Part shown: piece after piece, positions 31,219 through 40,480 of the stretch
Numbering within the stretch: the stretch's first letter is position 1
Layout of the letters: the number at the start of each line of letters is the position of its first letter
NCBI GenBank assembly: GCA_038880255.1
Contig: JAVZSA010000001.1
Span: 788-64,787, forward strand
Direction of reading: 5' to 3'
DNA from: Thermoplasmata archaeon
GTDB taxonomy: Archaea > Thermoplasmatota > Thermoplasmata > Thermoplasmatales > ARK-15
DNA: 64,000 nucleotides
Position numbers and translations under genes: made by a program
Notes under the pieces: generated by a model
Database searches by the model: none
The model's input: the letters and a program-made list of their open reading frames with translations, nothing else
Told to the model about the DNA's origin: nothing

Positions 31219-31367
31219 CTCTGTAAGTTAATATTGCAAGTTTAAATAGATTTTTCATTGAATTATATATAAATTTTTGAAAATATTATTGAAAAATTTT
31301 CAAATAATTAGAAAAAATGAAAATATTTTATAATATAATTCTATTTAACAATACGGAGTAATTAAAT

Positions 31368-32492
31368 ATGTCACAAAAAATTTCTGAAGAGAAGGAGTTA
31401 ATCGTAAAAAATATAGAAGAGTTTGCAAAGAAAAAAATAGAACCAATTGCATTGAATGTGGATAAGGAGGATCATATTCCAGAAAGTTTATATGCAGAAA
31501 TGAAGGATCATGGGCTACTCACTTTAATTGTACCTGAAAAATATGGAGGTCTTTCTTTAGATACCTGTACCTATGCAAAAATAATAGAAATTATTGCAAG
31601 ATTCTCAGGTGGAATAGCTTTAAGTATTGAGGCACATAATAGCCTTGGCTTAAACCATGTCTTTCTTTTTGGAAATGAAAATCAAAAAGAGGAAGTAATT
31701 TCAGATGTAATAAAGAATTCCAAGCCAGTTGCATGGGCGTTGACTGAACAGACATCTGGTAGCGATGCAAAAAACATGCATACAACATATGAAAGGGAAA
31801 ATGGATATTACATTTTAAATGGTTCAAAAACGTTCATCACTCATGGTGTAAATTCAAATTATATTGTAATTTTTGCAAAAGGTAAAGAAGGTATTAATGC
31901 ATTTCTTTTGAACTCTAAGGATGAGGGTATAGAAAGAAACAAATTGAATGATAAGATGGGTGTTAGAGGAAGCGATACAGGTGAAATTATTTTGCATGAT
32001 GTTCGAATACCTGAGGAAAGGATAATAGGTAAAACAGGAGAAGGTTTTAAACAAGCTTTAAAAATATTGGAAGGAGGGAGGATTGCAATCGGATCCCTCG
32101 CTTTAGGTCTTGCAAATGCTTGCCTAGAAAAATCAATAGAATATGCTAAACAGAGAACTGCCTTTGGTTCCAAACTCTCGGAATTTCAAGGAATACAATT
32201 TTATTTAGCTGATATTGCCACTGACATAAGGGCAGCCACTCTTCTTATAGAACATGCATGTGATCTTTTTGATCGTGGTATTTATGCAAGAAAAGAAATT
32301 TCAATGGCTAAATATTTTGCAAGTCAAGTTGCCATGGAAGCATCAAGAATGGCAATACAAATATATGGAGGTTATGGATATTTTAGGGATACTGGAATAG
32401 AGAGATATCTCAGGGATTCGAAATTAATGGAAATAGGCGAGGGAACAAATGAAGTGCAAAAAATTATAATTGCAAGAGAATTGTTAAAATGA
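31368..32492 (+). CDS. Acyl-CoA dehydrogenase
   Basis: ACAD pattern: ALTEQTSGSDA, the middle beta domain, and a C-terminal catalytic Glu context (IGEGTNEVQ). Confidence 0.85.
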   Translation: MSQKISEEKELIVKNIEEFAKKKIEPIALNVDKEDHIPESLYAEMKDHGLLTLIVPEKYGGLSLDTCTYAKIIEIIARFSGGIALSIEAHNSLGLNHVFLFGNENQKEEVISDVIKNSKPVAWALTEQTSGSDAKNMHTTYERENGYYILNGSKTFITHGVNSNYIVIFAKGKEGINAFLLNSKDEGIERNKLNDKMGVRGSDTGEIILHDVRIPEERIIGKTGEGFKQALKILEGGRIAIGSLALGLANACLEKSIEYAKQRTAFGSKLSEFQGIQFYLADIATDIRAATLLIEHACDLFDRGIYARKEISMAKYFASQVAMEASRMAIQIYGGYGYFRDTGIERYLRDSKLMEIGEGTNEVQKIIIARELLK

Positions 32493-32506
32493 ATGGAGGT
32501 GAAAGA

Positions 32507-33865
32507 ATGGGAAATAGAGTAGCAATGGTAGCAGGAGGAATGACGCAATTTGCTAAATCTAGAAAAGATTCTACACAGGAAGAATTGGTGATGGAAGCTA
32601 CAAGAATGGCATTGTTTGAAAATGACTTAAGGATAAATCCTCTGGATGTTAAAAAAATGATAGATGGAACAATTGTAAGTTATTTTTCAGATCATTTTGA
32701 GAGACAGCTCCTTTTTGGTGCAATCATTAGAGATTATCTTGGATTAAATCCAATGCAAAGTGCAAGAATTGAAGGTGGCGGTGCTACAGGAGGTCTTGGT
32801 CTAAAGGCAGGTTATGAAATGATTAAATCTGGTGATGCAAGTGTAGTACTTGTTATTGGTTTTGAAAAAATGTCTGAGGTTTCTACAGCGAAGGGTAATG
32901 AATTCATAGCTTTGGCAAGTGATACAGATTTTGATTTCCCTGTTGGCGGATATTATACAGCCTATTACGCAGCAATGGCTACAAGATACATGTACGAATT
33001 TGGCATAACTGAAAAACAGATGGCAAAGGTGGCAGTAAAAAATAGGAATAATGCACAATACAACTTTTTTGCACAAACAAATGCAAAAAATCCATATGCA
33101 ACAAAAAGTACCTCAGGTTTTATAACAATTTATGATGTTTTGAAATCAGAAAAGATCTCCACACCTCTTAAAAGACTTGATTGTTGTTTAATGAGTGATG
33201 GTGCTGCAGTTGCATTACTTGCAGAGGAGTCAATTGCAAAGGAATTGACTGATAAGCCTGTTATAATTGAGGGTGTTGGTAATGGAACGGATACAATGAG
33301 ACCTTCGGATAGACCTACCACTGTTGGAGGTTTAATAAAGGAAGATCTACTTTTACCACATGAGAAAGCAGAATGGTATGAAGATATGGTATATCCCGGT
33401 CTTCATTCATTTAGGGCTGGAAGAAAGGCAGCAAAAATGGCTTATAAAATGGCAGGAATTACCAACCCTCTAGAGCAAATAGATGTTGTAGAATTACATG
33501 ATGCATATACATCAAGTGAACTTCAAACATATGAAGATCTTGGTTTGGCTAGGTATGGTGAAGGTGGAAAATTGATAGATTCTGCACCTTTTGATGATGA
33601 AAAAGGTGTTTTCAAAGAAATAAATCCTAAACTAGCGAATAGAATTCATGTCAATCCTTCTGGTGGTCTATTGGGATGTATGCATGCTGTGGGTGCAACT
33701 GGAATAATGCAGGCAGTTAGTGTAATGTGGCAATTGCAGAATAAGATTGAAAAATTCTACGGAAGTGATAAATTACAGGTTAGAAATGCAAAAAGAGGAT
33801 TAGCCCATAGTCATGCGGGTACTGGAAGTGATGTTACAGTATTTATTTTAGGTAGGGGGTGGTAA
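32507..33865 (+). CDS. Thiolase-superfamily protein (archaeal acetyl-CoA acetyltransferase / SCP-x-type thiolase)
   Basis: Thiolase-fold pattern (GGGATGG, CCLMSDGAAA, HAVGATG). The start is at 32507, preceded by GGAGGTG. The ORF-track start is 32489. Confidence 0.8.
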   Translation: MGNRVAMVAGGMTQFAKSRKDSTQEELVMEATRMALFENDLRINPLDVKKMIDGTIVSYFSDHFERQLLFGAIIRDYLGLNPMQSARIEGGGATGGLGLKAGYEMIKSGDASVVLVIGFEKMSEVSTAKGNEFIALASDTDFDFPVGGYYTAYYAAMATRYMYEFGITEKQMAKVAVKNRNNAQYNFFAQTNAKNPYATKSTSGFITIYDVLKSEKISTPLKRLDCCLMSDGAAVALLAEESIAKELTDKPVIIEGVGNGTDTMRPSDRPTTVGGLIKEDLLLPHEKAEWYEDMVYPGLHSFRAGRKAAKMAYKMAGITNPLEQIDVVELHDAYTSSELQTYEDLGLARYGEGGKLIDSAPFDDEKGVFKEINPKLANRIHVNPSGGLLGCMHAVGATGIMQAVSVMWQLQNKIEKFYGSDKLQVRNAKRGLAHSHAGTGSDVTVFILGRGW

Positions 33866-33869
33866 AAAT

Positions 33870-34400
33870 ATGTCTGTGGGAGAAAAATATGTTTCAAAAA
33901 ATAAATCGCCACATATTGTGGAACATCCATATACCATACTCTACAAACATTCTTACGGTGAAGTATCACCATTCTTTTTAGGATTAATAAAGAAAAGATT
34001 GTTAGGGACAGTTTGTAGAAATAAAGATAAACATAAAAATGGTAAAGAACTTCTTTTCCTACCACCAAGGGCAGATTGTCCAGAATGTTTAGCAGAATTA
34101 AATGAATGGGTAGATTTAACAGATGCTGATATTAGAATATATACATTTACAACTGCATATTTTGCGGGTGAGACATTCCTAAATAAGGTACCTTTCACAT
34201 TAATAAATATTGATGTTCAGGGTTACGATAATTCGTACTCAAAATTAACAAGTACACTTGTAATAAATGAACCAGGTGAAATTAATATAGACATAAATGA
34301 AATAAAAATAGGTATGAAAATAAAACCTAAGTTTAGAGATGTTCCTCTTGAAAAAGTAGATGCATCTGTTCTTTATTTTGTTCCAGCAGAAAAACCATAA
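33870..34400 (+). CDS. DUF35-type Zn-ribbon/OB-fold protein (thiolase-associated scaffold)
   Basis: It follows the thiolase gene after 4 nt. It has a Zn-ribbon-like pair C...CPEC followed by an OB-like C-terminus. The thiolase plus DUF35 pairing is a known archaeal arrangement. Confidence 0.65.
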   Translation: MSVGEKYVSKNKSPHIVEHPYTILYKHSYGEVSPFFLGLIKKRLLGTVCRNKDKHKNGKELLFLPPRADCPECLAELNEWVDLTDADIRIYTFTTAYFAGETFLNKVPFTLINIDVQGYDNSYSKLTSTLVINEPGEINIDINEIKIGMKIKPKFRDVPLEKVDASVLYFVPAEKP

Positions 34401-34453
34401 AAAAGCTTAAAAATAAAAAGATATTAAGGTGATAAGACGGAAGGTGCTATAAA

Positions 34454-34987
34454 ATGGTAAGGAAACCTGCAAGAATGTACAGGAGGATTACAGGTCCAGC
34501 GTATACCAGAAAGGAGTTTATAGCTGGTATTCCACAGCCAAGAATCCATGAATTTGAGCATGGTGATTTAAAAGATCCAAATAGATTTGAATATACATTA
34601 AATCTTGTGGCTGAAGAGGATTGTCAGATTAGGCATACTGCACTTGAAGCAGCAAGAATTGCTGCTAACAAATATTTAATGACAGCTCTTGGTGCCACAA
34701 ATTACTATCTTAAGATTAGGGTTTATCCTCATCATGTATTAAGAGAGCATAAAATGGCAACAGGAGCTGGTGCAGATAGGATTTCAAGCGGAATGAGTAT
34801 GGCATTTGGAAAGCCTGTAGGCACTGCTGCTAGGGTCAGATCTGGTGATACAATAATAATTTTAAAGGTTAATGGGGCCGATATTGAGAAAGCTAAACAG
34901 GCATTAAGAAAGGCAAAGATGAAATTACCTACCCCCGCAAGAATAAACATTTTTCAATCTAATGTGAAGGAAGGGATATCAAGTTAA
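34454..34987 (+). CDS. rpl10e: 50S ribosomal protein L10e (uL16)
   Basis: The N-terminus MVRKPARMYRRITGPAYTRKEF and overall length are diagnostic for archaeal L10e. Confidence 0.9.
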   Translation: MVRKPARMYRRITGPAYTRKEFIAGIPQPRIHEFEHGDLKDPNRFEYTLNLVAEEDCQIRHTALEAARIAANKYLMTALGATNYYLKIRVYPHHVLREHKMATGAGADRISSGMSMAFGKPVGTAARVRSGDTIIILKVNGADIEKAKQALRKAKMKLPTPARINIFQSNVKEGISS

Positions 34988-35630
34988 ATTCCTTTAAAAG
35001 AAAATTTCTTTCCTCATCCCCCATTGTTTTCAGGTTTATTGAAATAATCATAATTCCCTTATTTATTTTTACATTATCTTTTATAGATGTGAGTGATTTT
35101 ATTGTATTATCAAAACCATTATTTTTTATCAACAGTTCAATGCCATCCATAAGTATTATACCCTTTGTACCCTCTTTAATAAAATTGTTTATTCCATTTG
35201 AAATTAGGCTAAGATCTGTAGGTTGCAAACTTGTTACTTTTCCGTCCCTATAATTTACTGTTGTGAGCCAAATAAACTTTACATTTTCTGATGATCCATA
35301 AAAAGAAATACTTTCAGGATGTGTTCTTGTAATACATAATCCTGCCCTTCCTTTTTTAAGTGCTTGATTAAATATATCATAACATTTGTTTGGTTTTTCT
35401 TCATCAATTATATAGGATTCACCAAAGTTCAATATTAAATCGGGCTTTTTATTTTTTGAAGGTGATGTTATAAACTTAAGTCTTTTTTCATAATTTCTTA
35501 TAATTGTATAAATATCATCCCTTTTTATTTCTTCTTCATCAAGTTTTTCTTTTAATTCATTTATAAATTCTTTAAAAAGCGCAATTATTATTTCACTATT
35601 TTCATCCATAATATTAAAAAAATGTAACAA
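34959..35630 (-). CDS. DUF835-like domain protein
   Basis: The C-terminal domain pattern GLCITRTHPESI...FIWLT...ILMDGIELLI matches my recollection of archaeal DUF835. Confidence 0.5.
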   Translation of the reverse strand: MLHFFNIMDENSEIIIALFKEFINELKEKLDEEEIKRDDIYTIIRNYEKRLKFITSPSKNKKPDLILNFGESYIIDEEKPNKCYDIFNQALKKGRAGLCITRTHPESISFYGSSENVKFIWLTTVNYRDGKVTSLQPTDLSLISNGINNFIKEGTKGIILMDGIELLIKNNGFDNTIKSLTSIKDNVKINKGIMIISINLKTMGDEERNFLLKEFNLISLPSH

Positions 35631-35682
35631 TATTATAAATGTTTTTGAGTAAATTTATTATTTTAAAAAATAACAATTATAT

Positions 35683-36450
35683 TTAAAGCGAATGTGAAAA
35701 ATAATCTTCTCTACCTCCGTCCACCACTATCACTTGTCCTGTAATAAAATCTGAATCTTTTGATGCGAGAAAAACAGCTACCCTTGCTATATCCAAAGGT
35801 TTACCAATCCTTCTTAGGGCGGTTTTTTCCGATATTAGTTTAACTGTTCTTTCCCAATCTTCCTTATCCTTTCCCTTTTTTGTCATATCTGTCTCAATAT
35901 ATCCTGGAGATATTGCATTTACATTGACACCATATTTACCCAATTCGAATGCGTATCTTTTCGTTAATGTTATTACCCCTCCCTTTGTAATTGAATAGAA
36001 TGTTGTTCCTTCTAATGATGTGACAATTCCAGCAATACTAGCAATATTAATTATTTTACCACCATTTTTCATAAAATTTTCTCTCAGTGCTTCTATTGTA
36101 TAAACCATAGAATAAAGGTTTACAGATATCATCTTCTTTAAATCTTCAAAGTTATTTGTGTTAGTTATCATAATTCCAGCATTATTTACAAGTACATCTA
36201 TCCTTTTGAAATATTCTAATGCTTTATTTACCATATCCTTAACTTCATCAGCATTGGAAACATCAGCCTTTATTGCCATGCATTCATTTCCATTTTCTTT
36301 AATTTTTAAACATACATTTTTTGCCTCTGCTTCACTACTTTTATAATTCAAAATTACCTTTGCTCCTTCCCTTGAAAATTCTTCAACAATTGATCTGCCT
36401 ATGCCCCTTGAGGAACCTGTAACAAGTGCTATTTTATTTTTGAGGATCAT
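35683..36450 (-). CDS. Short-chain dehydrogenase/reductase (FabG-like 3-oxoacyl reductase)
   Basis: TGSSRGIG cofactor motif, NNAG, and the catalytic YxxxK (YSITK). Confidence 0.85.
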   Translation of the reverse strand: MILKNKIALVTGSSRGIGRSIVEEFSREGAKVILNYKSSEAEAKNVCLKIKENGNECMAIKADVSNADEVKDMVNKALEYFKRIDVLVNNAGIMITNTNNFEDLKKMISVNLYSMVYTIEALRENFMKNGGKIINIASIAGIVTSLEGTTFYSITKGGVITLTKRYAFELGKYGVNVNAISPGYIETDMTKKGKDKEDWERTVKLISEKTALRRIGKPLDIARVAVFLASKDSDFITGQVIVVDGGREDYFSHSL

Positions 36451-36650
36451 ATTATATTATATTCTAAGAAGTTCATAAATTTTTAGGAAAAATTTAAATT
36501 AGGTAAGCAATAAAATATTTCGATGAAAAGAAATGATACATGCATTGAAGGAGTTCTTATTATGGAATTAGCTACAATGGTGGTGGCAATACCCTTGCCT
36601 TTCTTGCAAGTTCACTTTCAACTTATTCCAGTCAAGCTATACAAACAATA

Positions 36651-37091
36651 GTGGAATTTGTAATAATAAGCACAGTTGTGGTATGGTTTTGGTGGTCATA
36701 TGTTGTTGAAAGAATTGAATATCCATTTAAAACATTCAAGTTCCCATTTTATGATGTTTTAATTTTAATAACAATTTCTCTTATACCGTTTGTTTATAAA
36801 ATAGGGGGAATAATGTATATTGCAGGCCTCCTTTCATTTTTAATGTTTTTCTGGTCATTAATGCTCATTGAAATAAAAAATGAATATATTGATAGTATTA
36901 ATGAAATTGAAAGAAAAATTTTTAATTTCGAAATAAGGAGTAGAATAATTATTACATTAGTATCTGCATTTACTGTTATAGTTGCATACTTTTCAATTTT
37001 TTATGGAATAATTGTTTTTACTTTTGTTATTGTTATCATAATTTTTGGTTATTTAAGAAAAATAAATCTTATTAAATTGAAACAAACTTAA
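36651..37091 (+). CDS. Hypothetical multi-pass membrane protein (GTG start, possibly 5'-disrupted)
   Basis: 146-aa highly hydrophobic ORF. An upstream ATG ORF (36524-36649) in another frame also encodes a hydrophobic segment (see findings). Confidence 0.4.
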   Translation: MEFVIISTVVVWFWWSYVVERIEYPFKTFKFPFYDVLILITISLIPFVYKIGGIMYIAGLLSFLMFFWSLMLIEIKNEYIDSINEIERKIFNFEIRSRIIITLVSAFTVIVAYFSIFYGIIVFTFVIVIIIFGYLRKINLIKLKQT

Positions 37092-37102
37092 AAAGTAACA
37101 TA

Positions 37103-38530
37103 TTAAAGATTTGGATTTAAGATCCATTTCCCTTTCAGATAAATGCCTAAAATTTTAATTTTTTCTGGATTTGTAGTGAGTGGATCCTTATCCAAAACAA
37201 GAAAATTTGCCTCCATACCTGGTGAAAGGGATCCATACTTTAATCCTAAGACCTTTGCTGATCCTTCAGTATAACAATAGTATGCTTCCTCAGGTTTTAG
37301 TGTTTGATCCTTTGTGTACTCATAAATCTTTAAATTTTTATTACCACCCCTTTCAATTGCTGCAGAAAGTGTAAGAAAAGGATTTAATGGTTCCACCGGT
37401 GAATCTGTAGAAAATGATAAATTCGTGAAATTTAAAAGATCCTTAAATCTATAAACATATTTAGCTCTATTAACACCCAATCTATCGACCACCCAAAAAT
37501 CTGAGATAATGAAATGTGGCTGAACAACAATATTAATGCCCCTTAATTTTTCCAATTGGTCATCCCTTACAACAGATGCATGTTCTATTCTTTTACCATA
37601 TTTAGCATTTTTTAAGACATTTAGGGCAATGTCTAAGGCCTTATCGCCAATTGCATGTATTGCCACATCCTTTTTCATTTCATTTGCTCTTTCCACAATC
37701 ATATTTAAAAAATTCTCATCTGTTACCTGTTCACCGTATGTATTAGAATCACTATATTTCTCAGAAAGTAGGGCTGTTCTTGCACCAAGTGAACCATCAA
37801 TAAAAAGTTTTACTCCTTTTACATTTATATTTTTGAAATCGTATTTTAAAAAATCCTCAGCATTTAAATATATGGAAATATCAATTGGTAATTTTCTTTT
37901 TTCCTGAATTTTCTCAATAATTTTTAAGGACTCAAGGTTGCATGATACAAAGCCAACAGCTGATATTCCATTCATTGCAACAAAATCTATTGCATTTTCC
38001 ATATATTTCATTTTTAATTCAAATGGAATCATTTCAATGAACCTTTTTCTAAAGATTTCAAACTCATTTTCAAAAACTATACCATTTCCATCAGTTTTCA
38101 TCATATCCAAAAAGTATGAATTTACCAAGGCGGCATGAAGGCAAATTCTTGTAAGGATTACAGGTCTATCATTTACAATATCATCAATATCATATTTGTT
38201 TGGCCATCTCCTTTCTTTAAAAAGTTCTTGGTCCCAACCGTGACCAATAATTGGGCCATTATTATTTTTAGCAAAAATTTTCAATTTTTCCCTTAATTCA
38301 TTTATTGATCTTATACCTCTTAAATCAAGAGTGTTTAAAAATAATCCAATTTCATCCAAATGAAGATGTGAATCTATGAAAGCAGGTATTATGAATTTTC
38401 CATTCAGATCAATTGCATCAGGATCATCTTCAAAGGACTTTACCTTACCATTATCTATAATAATAGAATTATGAATTTTGAGAGGAATAAAACTTGAATA
38501 TACTTTGCAATTTTTAAATGAAATTTTCAT
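37103..38530 (-). CDS. Metal-dependent amidohydrolase (YtcJ-like, amidohydrolase_3)
   Basis: The IDSHLHLDE metal-binding motif near the N-terminus and a later HAIGD motif. Length 475 aa. Confidence 0.75.
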   Translation of the reverse strand: MKISFKNCKVYSSFIPLKIHNSIIIDNGKVKSFEDDPDAIDLNGKFIIPAFIDSHLHLDEIGLFLNTLDLRGIRSINELREKLKIFAKNNNGPIIGHGWDQELFKERRWPNKYDIDDIVNDRPVILTRICLHAALVNSYFLDMMKTDGNGIVFENEFEIFRKRFIEMIPFELKMKYMENAIDFVAMNGISAVGFVSCNLESLKIIEKIQEKRKLPIDISIYLNAEDFLKYDFKNINVKGVKLFIDGSLGARTALLSEKYSDSNTYGEQVTDENFLNMIVERANEMKKDVAIHAIGDKALDIALNVLKNAKYGKRIEHASVVRDDQLEKLRGINIVVQPHFIISDFWVVDRLGVNRAKYVYRFKDLLNFTNLSFSTDSPVEPLNPFLTLSAAIERGGNKNLKIYEYTKDQTLKPEEAYYCYTEGSAKVLGLKYGSLSPGMEANFLVLDKDPLTTNPEKIKILGIYLKGKWILNPNL

Positions 38531-38695
38531 AATAGTTAATTAAAAATGTAGTAAATCAATTTTTATGTTAATTTTACAAAACATTAATTTATCTATGAAA
38601 TATTATATTAAAAAATTAAATTTTGAAATTTTAGGATTTAAAATTAACAATTTTTATATAGCAATTGAATCATACATATGGTTAAGGTGGCTGAA

Positions 38696-39961
38696 AGTAT
38701 GGAGGATATATTACTTGATGAAAATGAAAAGAAAATTAAATATGAAGTAAGGGAAGTTGTAAGAGAAATACCCCATGAATTAATAAGGGAAATAGAAAGT
38801 GAAAAAGTTGTTTTTCCCAGAAAATTCATTCAAATAATAACATCAAAGAAAATTGTGGGATTAAGATTTCCATCCGAGTATGGAGGAAGAAATGCTTCAT
38901 GGGTAGCGGAAATGGCTGCTGTTGAGGAAATGGGGTATCTTGGTTTTACTTTAAGTTGTATGTATTCCCTTGGATCAATTGTAGGCGAACCAATAAATAA
39001 ATTTGGAACCAAAGATCAAAAAGAAAAATATTTGTTGGGTATCACTTCTGGTAATAGATATGGTGCTGAGGCTATTACTGAACCTACAGGTGGTTCTGAT
39101 CTTTTTGGTATGATGAGAACAAGGGCTGAAAAGAGAGGCTCAAAGTTTATACTGAACGGTCAAAAGAGGTTTGTTGTAGGTGGCAATGGTGCAGATTTTT
39201 TTGTTACCTACGCTATTACTGATCCTTTAGCAAAACCAATTTCAAAGGGTATTAGTGCATTTGTTGTGGATAGAGAGACACCAGGAATTAAGGTTGAAAC
39301 TGTTTATGGTCTAATGGGTACACGTGGTGGTGGAACAGCCAGGATTGTTTTTAAGGATGTTGAAATTGATGAAACAAATATAATTGGAAATGTAAACGGT
39401 GGATATGATGTCTTTAATATTATGATGATACCTGAAAGACTCACAACTGCTGCAGGTTCAGTTGGAGTTGCCTTGGCAGCAATAGAAATAGCAACAAATT
39501 ATGCTATGAAAAGAGAAGCATTTGGAAATAAGTTGATAGAGCATGAAGGTGTGAATTTTAAAATTGCAGAATCTTTAACAGGTATTGAAAATGCGATGTC
39601 ACTTGTGTACACTGCTAGTAAAGCAGCAGATATGTTTGAAAAGGGTAAAGTTCCACTTTCATACGTAAGAAAATTGGTTTCAATGTCTAAACTTAATTCC
39701 ACAGAAACAATGTGGAAAGCAGTTAATGATGCAATGCAAATTATGGGCGGAATTGGATACACCACTATTTATCCTATTGAAAGACTGTTAAGGGATTCTA
39801 GACTTGGAATGATTTGGACTGGTACAAACGAGGTAATGAAAATGATCATTCAACACGAATTTATTAAAGAATTAAAAGATCCAAATTATTTCTCAAAAAA
39901 GAGGAATGTAGAACTTGATGCATTAGATTTCAATCTTGTTGAAGAAAAAGTTTACAAATAA
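38696..39961 (+). CDS. Acyl-CoA dehydrogenase (second paralogue)
   Basis: ACAD pattern (AITEPTGGSDL, GTNEVM). The start is at 38696 after AAGGTGG. The ORF-track start is 38678. Confidence 0.8.
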   Translation, partial: SMEDILLDENEKKIKYEVREVVREIPHELIREIESEKVVFPRKFIQIITSKKIVGLRFPSEYGGRNASWVAEMAAVEEMGYLGFTLSCMYSLGSIVGEPINKFGTKDQKEKYLLGITSGNRYGAEAITEPTGGSDLFGMMRTRAEKRGSKFILNGQKRFVVGGNGADFFVTYAITDPLAKPISKGISAFVVDRETPGIKVETVYGLMGTRGGGTARIVFKDVEIDETNIIGNVNGGYDVFNIMMIPERLTTAAGSVGVALAAIEIATNYAMKREAFGNKLIEHEGVNFKIAESLTGIENAMSLVYTASKAADMFEKGKVPLSYVRKLVSMSKLNSTETMWKAVNDAMQIMGGIGYTTIYPIERLLRDSRLGMIWTGTNEVMKMIIQHEFIKELKDPNYFSKKRNVELDALDFNLVEEKVYK

Positions 39962-39976
39962 TTAAAACATAAATAT

Positions 39977-40318
39977 ATGAGTAAAATATTAATCATAATT
40001 ACTTTAGAGAAAAATGAAATCGATAATGTAATGGCAGGTCTAAACCTTGCTTATTATATCAAATTAAGGGATCACTCAGAAGAAATAAAAATAATCTTGC
40101 ATGGACAGAGTAAAGAATCTGTAGTATTAGATAATAAGGATGTTAAGGATTTAATAATAAAATTGATAAATTTAGGAATAGGGATATTTGCTAGTAAAAA
40201 TGATTTAGATAATTTTAAAATAAATATGGAACTAGAAAAACTTGGTATAAATGTGGATAACTTTGAAAAATTATTAACTAAATATATGAGGCAAGGATAT
40301 ATACCAATGAAATTTTAA
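39977..40318 (+). CDS. Hypothetical protein, possibly DsrE/F-like
   Basis: 113-aa ORF with an alternating beta-alpha pattern (KILIIITLEKNE...IILHGQS). The resemblance is weak. Confidence 0.3.
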   Translation: MSKILIIITLEKNEIDNVMAGLNLAYYIKLRDHSEEIKIILHGQSKESVVLDNKDVKDLIIKLINLGIGIFASKNDLDNFKINMELEKLGINVDNFEKLLTKYMRQGYIPMKF

Positions 40319-40328
40319 AAGGAAAAAA

Positions 40329-40336
40329 ATTATAAA
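40329..40336 (+). promoter_or_regulatory. Putative TATA box (ATTATAAA) with A-rich BRE-like upstream element, driving L41e and tRNA-Trp
   Basis: It is centred about 39 nt upstream of the ATG at 40372. An AGGTG Shine-Dalgarno-like element lies at 40362-40366. Confidence 0.35.
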
Positions 40337-40371
40337 CATTGACAGATTTTCCATTTACACCAGGTGTTAGA

Positions 40372-40479
40372 ATGAAGAGAAGTTCCAGAGTATGGAAAAA
40401 AAGAGGACAAATGCGATGGAAGTGGAGAAAAAAGAGAATGAGAAGGTTAATGCGCCAAAGGAGAGCCAATAAGAAATAG
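40372..40479 (+). CDS. rpl41e: 50S ribosomal protein L41e (eL41), 35 codons, absent from the ORF track
   Basis: It translates to [35 protein letters not shown]. The extreme Arg/Lys content and [10 protein letters not shown] core are characteristic of eL41. AGGTG lies 5 nt upstream of the ATG. Confidence 0.75.
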   Translation: MKRSSRVWKKRGQMRWKWRKKRMRRLMRQRRANKK

Positions 40480-40480
40480 T

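Noticed and set aside
31276-31304. The inverted repeat TTTGAAAAT-N11-ATTTTCAAA in the divergent promoter region between the PAPS-reductase-like gene and the ACAD operon.
   Set aside because: It is a plausible regulator site. However, it consists only of A and T plus one G/C per arm, so chance occurrence in this composition is high. There is no supporting second site.
38565-38829. Two short overlapping ORFs, 38565-38750 on the plus strand and 38644-38829 on the minus strand, upstream of and within the start of the second ACAD gene.
   Set aside because: They lie in an AT-rich promoter region, have Ile/Lys/Asn/Leu-rich low-complexity translations, and overlap the ACAD 5' end. I treat them as noise.
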